The notes under the pieces are model-generated. The model made no database searches. It was given only the letters and a program-made list of their open reading frames with translations, and had not been told where the DNA came from. From assembly GCF_009914755.1 (NCBI RefSeq), contig NC_060948.1: a stretch of DNA of 64,000 nt; one strand, given 5' to 3'. Source of the stretch: the human T2T-CHM13v2.0 reference genome, Homo sapiens. Below are positions 40,950 through 55,266 of this stretch, in pieces. The position numbers and the translations under genes are program-made. How positions within the stretch are numbered: the stretch's first letter is position 1; every line of letters begins with the position of its first letter.

Positions 40950-43800
40950 GTAAGGAGGAAGGGCACTTTTTATAATAAAATCCTGTATCTGCATCTGTAT
41001 TATTAAGGCATTTAAAAAACTTTATGTCTATTTTTTAATGTCATAGGAAATGTCTCAGGGGCCGGGGAAACATGAGTGAGGATGGCAGAGGGGAGAAAGC
41101 ATGTCAGGGGAGACTGGGGTCATTGAACCAAAACATGACACGACTGGGATAGCCATTCTAGAAGGACACAGACCTAGACACGCCTCAAGTGCACCTCTCT
41201 GTGGCAGGTAAGAGGGCCCTAGTGGAGGCCAAACTGAGCCCCAGGTGGTAGCAGGCCTCAAGGCGTGGAAGGGAGCCAGAGAAGGATGATGCGGCAGCTA
41301 TCCATTGAGATTGCTTCTCACCCATTGACCTTTGCCACTTCTGTGTCTTAGGTGACTTTGGGTGCCCCAGTTCTGAAATATGAGTGTTACAGTTCCCTGA
41401 TGGGCTTTTCTCCCTCAGCCCAGGGATGGCCTGGGATTTCTCAGTGCAGGCTCCTCCCCGAGCCTTGAGTTCTCCATGTGTGTCCCAGCTCCAGGACCCA
41501 CAGGCCTCTGAGCCCCCAGCCCTGGGTTGCTTACCTGGTTTCCTCTCTGTTTCCTCTCTGAGGGCCTAACTCCTTCCGGTAGTGCTGCAGGGGGATTGAG
41601 ACAGAGGCCCTGAATGATGATCTGGGGGACTGAGAAAAGGGATCCGTGACTGGTCAGGTCATGGTTCAAAGCCAGTTCCCCAGATGCCAAGGAAAGACCA
41701 GCAAGGTCCTTTCCCATGACACCCCTCAGCGGTGCCCACCTCAGCAATCCTGGCTGACCTTTAGTGGTCACGGTCAGCCAACCAGCGGAAGAAGCTCAGT
41801 TAGGCTGTGTCCTGCCTGAAGCTGGGGTCTTCTGCTGCATGACTCTAGAAACACTGGACTACAGTAGAGACAGATGCCATGTATCCTGGAGCAAGAAGAT
41901 TTGGGTAGGCTCATGCCAGGCCTAGCCTCCCACACTCCACCCGCTCTATCATTCCGGGAGGCACTCCTTACCGAGGATGCCAACACGATATTCCTTAAAG
42001 ATCACTTCATTGTGGAAATAAAGACTGTGACAAAAGGAACACTTCATCCTGCCACCAGTACCCTGGATGGCTGAGTTCCTCCACCTGCTACACCAAGAAG
42101 AAGAGGACAGACTCAAAGGATCCATTTCATCTAGTTGGGCTGAGGGCCTGCTGGCTAGGGTGAAGCATGCGTTTTCCCTTCCCAGCTCTCCCACTGAGAC
42201 ACCCCCAGACCCCAAGAGGACCTCAACCTGACCAGGACCCTCGATCCCTCCCCCAGACCCAGGCACCCTAGCCTGATTTGCAAATCCATCCTGTAGCTTA
42301 CTTAGCAGGACTTCCTCATGGTTTCTGAAACCTGCCGACATCTGGGTGTGCGGCACAATCTGCCTCTGGTCAAGGAGCCTCCAGATGACTGGGTGGGTGT
42401 GCCAGGAAACACCCTGCAACTTTGCAAGAGCTGGGAGACTGTTGGGCAGGGCTATCCCCCAGACCTTTGGCCTGGCACTTTGCATTGGTGATCCTGTCTC
42501 TGTCCAGCATGAGGGGCACGGTAACGGATATGGTGGTCTTGTGGGCAAGTGGAGGGAGGCCCAGAAAGACTCTGCCAACAAGGAGTGGGGAGCACAAGTT
42601 GGCAGGGTTTGGGTGTGGGGTGCTGTGGTGTGAGGCAGTTGTTTCCTCAGAGTTCCTGAGCTGCACATGGCCCTTGTGCACTGGGTGCTAGATAGGCTCT
42701 GCTGAGGGTGTCAAGGTGTGTGGTACCCTCTTCTGTTCTCCCTGAGGGGTGGGTGTGTCCACTTGAGGGAACCGGTGTGGGTAGAAAGGACTGCAGGGCT
42801 GTACCTGGTGCTCCCCGTGGGGCTCATGTGTGTGCAACGGAGGCATGTGTGCAAAGGAGGATATATATGCTCAGGGCCCGCAGCTCTTTGGGTGCAACAC
42901 AGGCAGAGGGAAGAAAGACTGTCTGGGTACCTGGTGCCTGCCTTGCAGAGGACAGCAGCCCCGTGCACCATGAACCCGAGTCTTGAGTACCTTGTGTTTC
43001 TGGTGTGAGGCCTCTGGACACACACACATGGGGAGTGGGTGTGGTTCGATGGCTGGTATGAGCATGCAGACTCCCTTTCCTCCAAGGACTTTCCCAGGGA
43101 AACGTGCCCTTCAACTTTCTGCTGTGAGTGAAGGGTCCTTGACACCCCTATTTTCTCTTGTGAGTGCTGAGCTTGGCTCCCAGTCCCTATCACATGCTCT
43201 CAGGTCACCCTCAAGCAAGCTGCCCTACTATCTGCAGTATCCTTGCCTCAGCTCCCCTCGCTGTCTCCCATCCCCTGCCTCCTGGCTGACCCTGTGTGCC
43301 CCTGGCCTGGCTCCGTTGCTCCCCGCCCCCGGAAGCCCGACTCCCACCTCCTGCTGCCAGTCATCCCGAATGGGCAGTTACAAAGATATGGCTCTGGCCT
43401 AGAAGCCGGAGATGCCCTGGATGATGGCCCCTGTGCCCTCCAGGCCAGGCAGACACTTCTGACAAAGCTTCTGCCTCAGCCATGGGCAGGGCATGTGGCC
43501 TGGGGCATTCACGGAGCCCAGCTCCCTGTGAAGGACCTCCAGCGACTCTGTGGCCGGCTGGGGCATGCTGGGGCCAGGGCCAGGCTGTGTTCACTGGTCC
43601 TCCACCTGCCGCTCCATGTCGGCTTTCTCCTCAACCACCACCTAGACCACCGCCGTGACGTCGTCCACCACCAGCACCTTCTCCTCCTACAGGGGCACCT
43701 CCACACTCCGTGCCCTGGCTGCCCTCTCCTGCAGAGCCTCCAATTTCAACAGGGTGCCTCCTTTGGAGGTCCCATTGCCTACAGCCTGCACTGTCACCTT
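40950..43800 (-). pseudogene. TSPY: TSPY-family unprocessed pseudogene (copy B), 5' end missing
   Basis: Minus strand EEKVLVVDDVTAVV*VVVEEKADMERQVED...PGPGPSMPQPATESLEVLHRELGSVNA...GAIIQGISGF*ARA (exon 1 ending 43390); IVPHTQMSAGFRNHEEVLLS (exon 2); SLYFHNEVIFKEYRVGILG (exon 3); colinear with copy A through exons 4-6. Confidence 0.9.
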
Positions 43801-43855
43801 CACGTCTGGATAGGTATATCCTTAAAATATACGTAAAGAAAAATAACTTAAAAGT

Positions 43856-44285
43856 GTTCCTGTTTCTCCACATCCTCTCCAACATCTGTTGTTTCCTGAC
43901 TTTTTAATGGTCGCCATTCTAACTGGCATGAGATGGTATCTCATTGCGGTTGCAGGGCCATGGATGAAGCTGGAAACCATCATACTAAGCAAACTATCAC
44001 AAGGACAGAAAAACAAACACCACATCTTCTTACTCATAAGTGGGAGTTGAACAATGAGAACACATGGACACAGGTGGGGGAATATCACACATCTGCCCAG
44101 TTGGGGGGTGGGGGACTAGGGGAAGGATAGCATTAGGATAAATACCTAATGTCAATGACGAGTTGATCAGTGCAGCAAACCAACATGGCGCATGTATCCC
44201 TATGTAACAAACCTGCACGTTCTGCACATGTACCCTAGAACTTAAAGTATAATTTTAAAAAATGAAAAAAAACTGAAAAGGAAAA
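43856..44285 (+). mobile_element. 5'-truncated L1PA 3' end with a short inverted 5' piece
   Basis: 43856-43950 is antisense L1 ('cctgtttctccacatcctctccaacatctgttgtttcctgac'); 43951-44285 is sense L1 ORF2 end and 3' UTR ('atggatgaagctggaaaccatcat...catgtaccctagaacttaaagtataat') with an A-rich tail. Confidence 0.9.
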
Positions 44286-47200
44286 ATGGCTCTCCAAACC
44301 CAAATACTAAACAGAAAATTAGTATCAAGTGGCCTAGAATGTAATTTACATGAAAATGTCACAAACATTCAGCAGATAGTTTCTAAATGCTACAATAAGC
44401 CTGACAGTCTGCAAGAAGCTCAGAAAAACATGGTCCTTGCTCTTCTCAGAGTGCAGTTGTTACAGGCACAGATAAATGAGGAATAATAAGTATGATAACT
44501 GCTGTAATAGGCAAATACAGGAACTATAACTGGAAATAAAGACAATGATTTTGATAAACAAAACTTTAATAAACAATGAAATATTTAAAAAAAAAGACTC
44601 ATGATTTTAATAAACGTTGCCTCCTTCTTCCCTCCAGAAGAAAACTCATGCCTCTGCTTTATTGGCTGACATGTTCCTAAGGAGATGTAACAGGTCTGAT
44701 TTGTATTAGTAAATCACATTTGCCTCATTTATGAAACATGTGTTTAAAAATCCTCTTAAAGGTCAAATGAGACTATTTGCTGTTGCTGGATAAATTGTCA
44801 AGTGCTACCCAAATATTATTTTCTCATGGTGATTTATACCGTGTGTATATTACATAGTTAGCGTAGCATTCTCATAAAGGAAACCTTGAAACACATCTGC
44901 TGCTCGGTTTTTATTTTTCAACTGTTTCAGTCATTATTATTTATCACATGCTTTCTAGGGGCTTTTGAATTTTAAAGAGATATGTATACACCAAAAAGAG
45001 AAGGACAATGAAATTGTGAGACTACAGTCATAATGATTTCATTGATTAATTCAATTGTTTACAGGGCTAGATTAGATTATATTTCTCCCAAAAGATTCTC
45101 GGAGAAATTCTAAGATGACGCACCCACTGTTTGAAATGGCCAAAAAGTTGTTGCTTAAGTTAGAGTTAACTCTTTTTAAAGCCTGAAGATAAAGTAATAG
45201 TTTCGTGAATTACAACAGGGAAAATAGGATTTTTAGTGCTACTTGCTCTCATCAGAAATAATCGTTAACTTTTAAATTGTTCTTTATGTCACATTAAATT
45301 TTTCATTTCCATCTCATGTTTTGGATGTGGTATGTATTTTTAAATGCATTTTCACCCTTATTGTGCTTCTGTGAGAAACTGCAGATTTAAGTTCATATCA
45401 TAATTATCTTTTAGTTTTATTTGTTTGTTCCTAAAGGTTCACAGAAATAAAGAATTCCATTTATGCTTGTATCTTTCAGCAACCTCATTTCAGATAACGG
45501 TGCACATTATTGCAGGTATCACATGTACAGGTCCAAAGGGAGAAAAAGAAGAAAGTAAGCTTTTAAGTCTAAATATTTGTAACACTAGATCAGAAACTCA
45601 GTATTCATAGTGAAATCAAAAAATGATCACAGTCAATTCCATCTCATACCTAGACTGAAATAAGAACCTTCAAAAGCAAAGAAAGTTAAGAGCTTTGGGC
45701 TTGTCAAAATTTTCCTATACAGATAAAATTATTGGTGACTTTCTCTCACTAGAAAACATAAACAAAAATTCATCCTTCATATATGTGTAAATAAAATATT
45801 TTTATTTCTATCAGTTATAACATGCAAGCAAGTAATACAGTGAAAGTACAATAATAAAACGATATAAGGAAATTTCTCTGTGTCAACAAATTCCATCGAG
45901 GCCATTAATTTTACAAAACCCATAGAGAATACTTCATGAAACTACATTATACTCTACTCTTTAGTATTTTACTTACATTTTAAATAATCAACAAATTAAA
46001 TAAAATTCTTAATCATTATTTATTACCAATAACATTATTCTACTCAAGTAATCCTTTTGAGATTAAATATTTTAAATAAAACATTAAAAACAAATTGTAT
46101 TGACTGATATCAGCTTTTGATGAAATAATACTTCTGTATTTGTAGTCATGTGAAGTATAACTTTCTCCTCACAATGGATCTTTTATAACACCAGTGGTAT
46201 TGCTTTCTCTGATACAAAGCCTTTTTGATCTCACAGCTTTACTGTATCTACATATTACATTCCTCCAGATAGTAGGCTTCAAACAGATGGAAAAAATTAT
46301 ATTTGTGACAAAATTCTAGGAAAGGGAATGGTAAAACGGGACAATAATTTCTAAATTTCTAACTGTTCATCCATGGATTTGGATATATTAAGATATAGAC
46401 AAATATTTGCACACTGCAAGTTTGCACATGTGTTTATAAATTTAAATGAGGTATCCATAATGTATGGGTTGTGTAATCTTTTAATTAATCCTCAATTTTA
46501 CATGTGGGAAATTTGAAAAGGGTTTATCCTTATCAAATACTCAATTCGAAGTACTATACTGAATGTATAGTACTTTGATGTAAAGCCAACAAAATCTCTG
46601 TCAACGTTCATTTCAATTAATCCATTGATGTTAACTGCTGATAGCTTCATTCTCCTTGATCCCTGTTGGCAGCCTGAAAGCTAATTCTCACTCTAATTCA
46701 GCACTCAGGGTGCCACCCACAAGTGACTAACACCTTGCTGTGGATTGTGACCTCTGACTCTACCACTTTTGTCCTATAACAGTCCTACCTTTGCATATTT
46801 AATGAACTTTGTACATGGTTAAAAAATAAAACTGTAGTGAAATGTCAGGCCATGCTGTGAGATGTTCCATTGCTTCTGTATCTCTAATTAGATGTTCCAT
46901 TGCTTCTGTATCTCTAATTGACCTTTCATGTTATAGAGGACAAGAAAAACAATTCAATACATTACTTAGTAACCAATCCAATGCACCCTTTCTTATTAAT
47001 ATGCCAAACCCATCCCTTCAAGGCACTGACATCTAAACACAGCTAGATGTATCAAAATCTCTTCTCATTAATAACCATTATGTTAATCACTGTTGCCCAG
47101 ATCTGGACTCTGACTGTGAAATCCTAGGGTGGAAATTGCTATAATGGCTCAAACTGCGGGAATGACTATGTTTCGGCATAATTACTGCTGTCATCTTACT

Positions 47201-47794
47201 GAAAAATATCACATTAGATGGCAGCTTCTAGTTACATAAATCCTGTTGATTAATGTCCAGCATTTATGATATTGCACAAGTAAAGATCTTTGATAACTTA
47301 AATGATTAGCTGAGCAATAATTAAAATAACTCACAGCAATTTAAATATTCATTTACTTACTAGAAGTGCCATACATCATTAACTCCTGATGAAAACAAAG
47401 TGGGGAAATTGCAAGTGCTGAACTGGTTACTGAAGTATGTATTTCGGGGTATTTTATAAAACTATCCATGCCATGTATGATGCCTCACCTGCAAGGATAA
47501 AGCTTTAACATATATGAAAAATAAGTGTCTTTGGTTCTTAATATCTTCCTACATTTGTCTTCATAACTTCAACACAAAAACACTCATATACTCGACTTTT
47601 GGCTGGGCTGACTACCAGTTATTAGGATTTAAGTAAATAGAATAAAGATTTCAAAATTCGATGACCAAATATGAGAAATCACACTCTCCCCGTAACATAC
47701 AATTATTCTCAAGTGCCACTGCTAATGCAAAATTGAAAGAAGAAATTAAGTCTAATATATTGCAATATTCTAAAATCTAAAATTTTTTCTTTGA

Positions 47795-48090
47795 GGTCTG
47801 GTGGTTCATGCCTGGAATTGCAGCTCTTTGGGATGCTGAGAAGGGAGGATTGCTTCAAGCGCAGGGTTCAAGACCAGCCCAGGCAACATAGCAAGTCCTA
47901 TCTCTACAAATGTAACTAATTAAATACTTAATTAAATTGGGCATGCTGGCACACATCTATCTTCTATTTACTCAGCAGTTCAAGGTCGTAGTGAGCTGTG
48001 ATTGCACACTGCACTTCAGCCTGGGCCATGAGGTAAGACTTTGTCTCTACAAAATAATTCAATATAACAAAACAAAATAAAATAAAAACA
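47795..48090 (+). mobile_element. Old Alu (AluJ-like), internally deleted
   Basis: 'ggaggattgcttcaagcgcagggttcaagaccagcccaggcaacatagcaag...cactgcacttcagcctggg'. Confidence 0.8.
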
Positions 48091-49259
48091 CTTTATTTGT
48101 TTTTTGGAAGTTTGCTTAATTGCTCCAAAGCATAGACATTGTTTAAAAAGTTAAGCAGTTCATGGGGAATCGGCAGTGAACATTGTTTATATTGTTTTCC
48201 AAAAATTAGGATAAATGTTAGAATATTATATATAAATATCTCATAACCTTTTGTACAATAAATATTGACAAATGTCAAGCCATCGTGTTTATAGACTTTT
48301 CCTTCAAAATATTCATAGTTTAATTGGAGGATGAAGAGAAGAGCAATAATTGCAATGTACTCTGACAAGTGTTACAATAGATACAATTTAGTAACTTAGC
48401 TGGAGAGGAAGGAAGTGCTTAACTGGGTTTACAGGGGTTGGGGGAACTTTCTCAGGTCAGGAACAACTGATGCATCTGTAAGGATACAAATTTGCAAGAC
48501 GAATGTTTGGGAGAAAAACACTGTAGAAAAAAAGAAACATTATTTCTATCAATGATAGACATACTAACAGTGCATATGATGCCATCTGCCCAATTCTTAG
48601 ACTATACTAGCTCAATAAATATTTCTTGAATGAATCCATGAATGGAAGATACTGGGAAAAGAATGCTGGAAGGGATTTTCAAAATCCAGTGAAACAAAGG
48701 TGAATACTCTGGACTTTACAATTTTGCCTGCCGTTCTTTAAGTTCTTGTTATGTTTACTACCTCATAAGCTCTGTTTTACTTTTTGTTGTTTTCACAAAT
48801 ATCACGCATGATATCGTTCCTGAGACTAATTCTCTCTTGATCCCTTGATACTATATTTGTCTCTGATACTCCTTTGTGTGAGGTCCTGGGTTTTTATGCC
48901 CACAGCTACGTCACTCACCTCTCCCTGGCACTATTCTGTAATAGAGAGGCCTGGCCCCTGGGAGGCAGGGTTCCTAGGCTCTCATAAAAATTACTTCCTG
49001 TTTCAGCTCAGTCAAGGGATGACACTGCAGAGATTAGAGAACAAAAAGATGAGAGAAGCCAGTTTGTGTCGCCTTCCTTCTCAGCAGGGTATGTTTCCAC
49101 AGTGATTCCATGCCTGCAGGACATGCTCTCTGTGTTTCCATTTTCCATGTAGTGACCCGAATCCTAGACTGGCTCTTCTAATGCCGTTTTCTCCAATTGT
49201 CTTTTTGAAGGATTTGGGTACTATTGTACTATTTTGGAGTTTAAAATTTAAAAAAATAT

Positions 49260-50039
49260 TGATATGGACAGGGGGGCAGGGAAGTGCCTGATAGAGGAGG
49301 GTGTGGTTCTTGGCTAGGGATTCACCCTCAGGCTTGTGCTCATTGACCTAGGTGAGGCCATGCACTTCTGTTTTCTTGCCCAAATTGGTGAGGACATGCG
49401 CTTCTGTTTTTTTGCCCAAGTGTTGCATTTTCCAAGAGCACCCTGGCCTGCCATACCCCCATCCTGTGCTATCAGAAACCCCGAGACCCTAGCGGGCAGA
49501 GACACAGTAGCTGACGTCGAGAAGAACCATCAGCAGAAGAAGACACAAGCAATTGGACCTGGAGAAGACACCGGAGGAAGGAGAGCGCAAGGACAGAGGC
49601 GGCAGGCCATCCACCGCAGAAGAACACAGAGTTGCGTGGGGCTGTGGAAGGAGAGCGCTCACCTGCCCCATTTCAAGGGAAAACCACCTTCCCGCTCCGT
49701 CTCCCTTCTGGCTCCCCATCCATCTGCTGACAGCTTCCACTCAATGAAACCTGCACTTACTCTCCAAGCCCACGTGTGAGCCAATTCTTCAGCTACACCA
49801 AGGCAGGAAACCCCAGGATCCAGAAAGCCTTCTGTCTTTGCAGAAAGGCAGAGTGTCTAATTGAGCTGACACAAGCCGTCTACAGATTGATAAACTAAAG
49901 TAACACCGTGTAACACATGCCCGCTGGGGATTTAGGAGCTGTAAACATTCACCCCTAGATGCTGCCTGGGGTCAGAGCCCCACAGCCTGTCCTCATTGCT
50001 AGCTCTGCAGCGGGGGATAAGGGACGTTTTCCCGTTGCA
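49260..50039 (+). mobile_element. Solo ERV1 LTR (LTR1/HUERS-P2-like)
   Basis: TG...CA termini ('tgatatggacagg'...'ttttcccgttgca'); internal 'gacctaggtgagg', 'tgttgcattttccaag', 'ccccgagaccctagcgggcaga' and 'agctgtaaacattcacccctaga'; flanks atat/ctat. Confidence 0.8.
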
Positions 50040-52594
50040 CTATGAGTCTGTTTCCAATGCAGTGTGCTTTCTGCAATACTGCAGTGTTACCTCATTGCAT
50101 ATATTTGACAAAATAAGTTACAAACTATAATGTGAGAAGAAAATAAATGGTGGAGAATAAGGAAGAAAAATGAAACATTGTGTCAGTAAGGAATGTTTTT
50201 TACTTCATGTAACAGAAAAAGTAAACATGAATTAAATAAACAGGAATTTCCGGTTTTCACATGTTAACCAGCCACAGTTAGGCATTTGGCGCCTTTGATC
50301 AGTTGCATTGCTGCATGGAAGTAGCGTAGCTGCATGGTAGTAGCACTGACTTTTTTTTTTTTTTTGCTATTTTCTCCAAGGTGAAACCTAGCTCAAATCC
50401 AACACCATGTTGGGTCCAGTTGTTGCTAGCCAGCTTTGCCCACACTCTGGTTTTTCAGTCTTATCAGCTTCTAGTGTATGCAGCTACTTTAACAGTGTGT
50501 TTTTGCTAGTCATGTGAAACTGCTGCCTGAGATTTTCTATTCTCCTGCAATCATCTAGTATTTTTCCTGGCTCAAATTATGTGACTTGCTCATTTTTCTC
50601 CTCAGGACACTGCAGGATGTTCTTTACCTGGTTTTTTAAAAGAGCATTGGTAAACCAGTTTCATTTCCCTCAAATACTTCTGAGAATTCCTGAGAAACTT
50701 ATACATGTCTCACTGGACTGCACCACTGCCCACTCAGCTGCCTGTTATTGACTTCTTTCTTTAGATAAGATCCCCCAGACAGCAACTGCATGGGCCCTCC
50801 CACCCCCACTCCCACTAAAGACCAACATCCAATGTTTAAAACATTTTAAGTCTTAGATATAGCATAAAGGGATTATGGAATACAAAACAACACATCAGAC
50901 ACATATATTAAGAAAACTTCAGCCAGTATCAGTCTTTGACAACAAAGGTAACCATTTTAACTACACGGTATAAATATATTTACACATAAAGTGTATGCAT
51001 AGGGAAATGTTTCTCACATTGTATATACTTTCTCCAGTGATGTCTTAGGCACTCATTTAAAATAGGTCACTGATTGAATTACAACTGTAACCTATAATGA
51101 AAATAGCAGAGTAGAAAGGTGTAGAAAGGCTTTTTTTTTTTTTTAAACAGCTCATATGTACACATTGTTTGGTCTTCCAGTTGTGCTGTTTCTTTTGTAT
51201 GAGTGTGTATATGTTTATGTAATTTTAGATAGTTACAGAGAATAGATTTAGTCGAAGTAATTAGAAATTAAGCAGACTTCTTTGTAATAAAAAAGGAAAT
51301 GATTAACTTTAATTGAATTTTAGTGCAACAGTAAAACTGGATAAGAATTTATTCTTACTCAGGGAAAAGATGTACTGTGTTTTGCAGACTGAAAGAGTTC
51401 TTTCCTGAGTAAGCCAGTGTTGGCCTTTATTGCAGAAATAGATTGTTTTTGGTAGACCCCTACAGCCAGCTACCTGCAGAGAAAGAAATTCTACTAGAGA
51501 GGATTCTAAATTGAGTATTAAATACTCTTTCTTTAGGTGAAGCATTCACATACAATATTCTTTTACATTCAGCATAATTATAAAAGTTAATTTTAGAACA
51601 CTTTCCAAAAAAATAAAGCAATTATAAAAATTAGGGAGATAATTGTATATTCCTCCTTTAAAAAGTTTTAGCCTATTCAAATCTAACAAGTCCACTCTGA
51701 AATACCTGTAAATAAGATACGAAATGAATAAGAAAATACAGCAGAATGTACCAGATGTTTTCTATGTGTTGGATATACATACATCTGTTAGTTTTTAATG
51801 GCAGACAGAGTGCAGTCTACATAATTTTATTCATAGGAGATGCCTATGCATCATATATTCACAGATAACTATTATTTCTCTGAAGATTGAAATAGAAAGC
51901 TAGGAAAACACAACACAGCACATACACTGGATTATATTTAAGCAAATGTGAATTGTATAGTTACATGATCTCTTCCAGGGGCTTCTTATCACTCTCTCAC
52001 TGGGTAGTCTAAGGATTGATTAAAGTTCCTAGGCTCTTTCAAGCTAAGAAACACTATGTAAGTGCTATGCATTATCATGGTAACACGAGAGTGAGGCATA
52101 AGTGATTTGCAACATCATAGGCTCTTTGAAATGTGCGTCTAGTCTGATTGAAAGTTTTCTCTAACAGTGTTTTATGTATTGGAAAGTGCTTATCATATTT
52201 GAAGATGAAATGTGCTCTACTGAAATCATGCAAATCTGCAAAATCAATCTTTGTTCTATATATTAGTATAATGATGTTTCTCAAAATAGAAGAAAACTTG
52301 GGATATGATTTCAAAGGTAATTTATAATAAGGTAGAATTTTGACATCAATTATAACTTGTCTATTATCATTTGATTGACTCAGCTGTTGCTCTCTTAATT
52401 AGTGCAACTGAAGTCTAGTTAATTTGCATAAAGGTAGCTATCCCATCTTACAGACTTTTAAAGACAGTCAGGAGACTATTCACTGTTTCTATAAAGCTTA
52501 CATAGATTTTATCAACATGTTTCAGTCATGTATGACTGACTGCAATAGCATCAGTTCTAAAATGTAATTTATACATTAATAATTCCTTTAATAT

Positions 52595-53390
52595 TTTTAT
52601 TTTTATTTTTATTATGGATTCAGAGAGTACATGCACAGGCTTATTACAGAGGTATATTACATGATGCTGACATTTAGTCTTCTATCGATCCCGTCACCCA
52701 GATAGTGAACATAGTACCCAACAGGAAGGTTTTCAGCCCCTGCCCCTCTCCCTCTGTCCCTCCTTTGGAATCTCCAGTGTCTATAGTTCTCATCTTTATT
52801 TCTGTGCACCCAACCAAGTTTTAGCTCCTATTTATGAGAATATTCAATATTTGATTTTCTGTTTCTTCATTAATTTGCTTAGGTTAAGGCCTCCAGCTGC
52901 ATCCACGCTGCTGCAAAGGACATGATTTTGTTCTTTTAATGGCTGTGTACTATTCCAGGGCTCATATGTACCACATTGTCATTGTCCCATCCTCCACGGA
53001 TGTGCTCCTAGGTTTATTCTATGTCTTCGCTATGGTGGTGAATATGAGAATTCTTGTGTCTTTTTTGGTAGCTTTAATAATTTATTTTCATTTGAGCATA
53101 TACATAGTAATAAGATTGCTGGGTGAAAGAGTAGTTCTATTGTGAGTTCTTTTAGAAATCCACAAACTGCTTTCCACAGTGGCTGAACATTCTCTCCACC
53201 AGTGTATAAGTATTCCTTTTCCTCTACAGCCTTGCCCACATATGTTTTTTTTTGGGGGGGGCTTTTTAATAATAATACTCATTCTGACTGGTATGAGATG
53301 GTATCTTGTTGTGATTTTGATTTCCCTTCTCTGATGATCAGTGATGTTGAGCACTTTTCTTATGTTTCTTATCCACTTGTATATCTTAAG
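52595..53390 (-). mobile_element. Old L1 (L1PA/L1PB-type) 3' end
   Basis: 'cccgtcacccagatagtgaacatagtacccaacagg...gcctccagctgcatccacgctgctgcaaaggacatgatt...cattctgactggtatgagatggtatct'. Confidence 0.88.
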
Positions 53391-54939
53391 AAGATATTTT
53401 AAATAAACATACAATTATTTCCTCTACTCATAGGTCAAATTCTGCCTATGTCCTTCTCTCTTTTTCTACTACATGATTTTACATGGATAATGAGTCAAAA
53501 AATGTGATGTGCTAGTAATACATTTTATTTCATACTTATAAATGTAAAATGTTTTTCTTTGAAAGATACCACATTCTCCAATTTTTAATTTTTTTAATTC
53601 CTTTAAAGCGGCAATGGGGACAGGGAAATTTTAAAGCAATTACTTCACAAGGTGATTCCAATTTATACAGAATATTGTTCATTGTAAAATTATTTTGTTT
53701 TTGAGTAAAATTAAAATATGTATACAAATACAAAATAACATAATAAATACTAATTTTACCCCACTTAAAAATAAAAGCTATTAATATTTTCCTTGTTCTA
53801 TGTATATTACCTCTGGTTGTAATTGGAATACACCCCATCAGGTTCATTTGCTTTTCTCCATTTCCAGAGGTGCCATTATCATCAACCTGTTATTACCTTC
53901 ATATTTTTATAAATTTATTAAAATATTTATTTCTAAATAATACTATTTTGTGAATTTTTAATGTTTCTGTGAATATATAAGGTGTGTATTATTTCACATT
54001 TTTTGTTAACATTCTTACTGAGAGCTGCCATTATTGATGGCATAGTTCTCAGTCTACAGAATTTCATCATGTTCCATGATGTGTTTGTCCAAATGCTACA
54101 AAGAGAAACCTTCCCTATGCATCTAGGTACACATGTGTGAGAGTGTCTAATGAATATACTAGAAGAATGGCTGGACTGCAGTGTGCATACAGTTTTAATT
54201 TTGAGGGGATGAAATATATTCTCATTAGGTCCCAGGGCTACCACTTTATTACTATTGTTTATCCAAGCTAATTGGCTTAGCATATGTCTTAGATTTTTCA
54301 TTTTTAATGAAGTATTATTATAAGTTACATTGATTAGATCCAGCATGTGTTTGTTAAATGTTCATTTTGTTTAACAATTATAGCTATTGTCAGGGCTCCA
54401 TCATTAGGTGAGGAAAATAAAATATTAACAGAATGATGACTTCGGTAGGGGGATAAGTCTGAAAATCAACTTTATTTTCCTAACACGGTTTATACAATAC
54501 ATAGATAATGCTTCTTTTTCAGGGACAGCATGCAGCAGAGTGCTTGATAATAAATCAATATGCACTGAGTCAGTATTGGCTAGGAATGGCTAGTTCCTTC
54601 CAATCTTCCCGGGTGATGGAAGAAGTATTTGACATAGTTTTTTGTTTGTTTGTTTGTTTTTTCTATATGGTTCATTTACATGACACTGCCAGATCATCAT
54701 ATGGTGGGTTTGGGGAAAATGAAGGAAATAATAGGCTAGATATATGTAAATTATGTGCTAGAAATAGAAGCTTAGCACAGAGAGAGTAGTTAATTGGTCT
54801 GGCCACAGTGGTTTTGTCATCTCTCATATGCCTACAACTATTTATTTATGGGCTATTTGCTTATGACGATTTAAAAAAAAATCTGTTTCAGCAGCAATGA
54901 CTAAAAAATGCAAGTAGATATTTAATTAAAAACAACTCT

Positions 54940-55266
<327 letters not shown>

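Noticed and set aside
41949-42668. 239-aa minus-strand ORF as an intact TSPY-like CDS
   Set aside because: It runs through intron sequence and touches exons 2 and 3 only in part, with frame changes.
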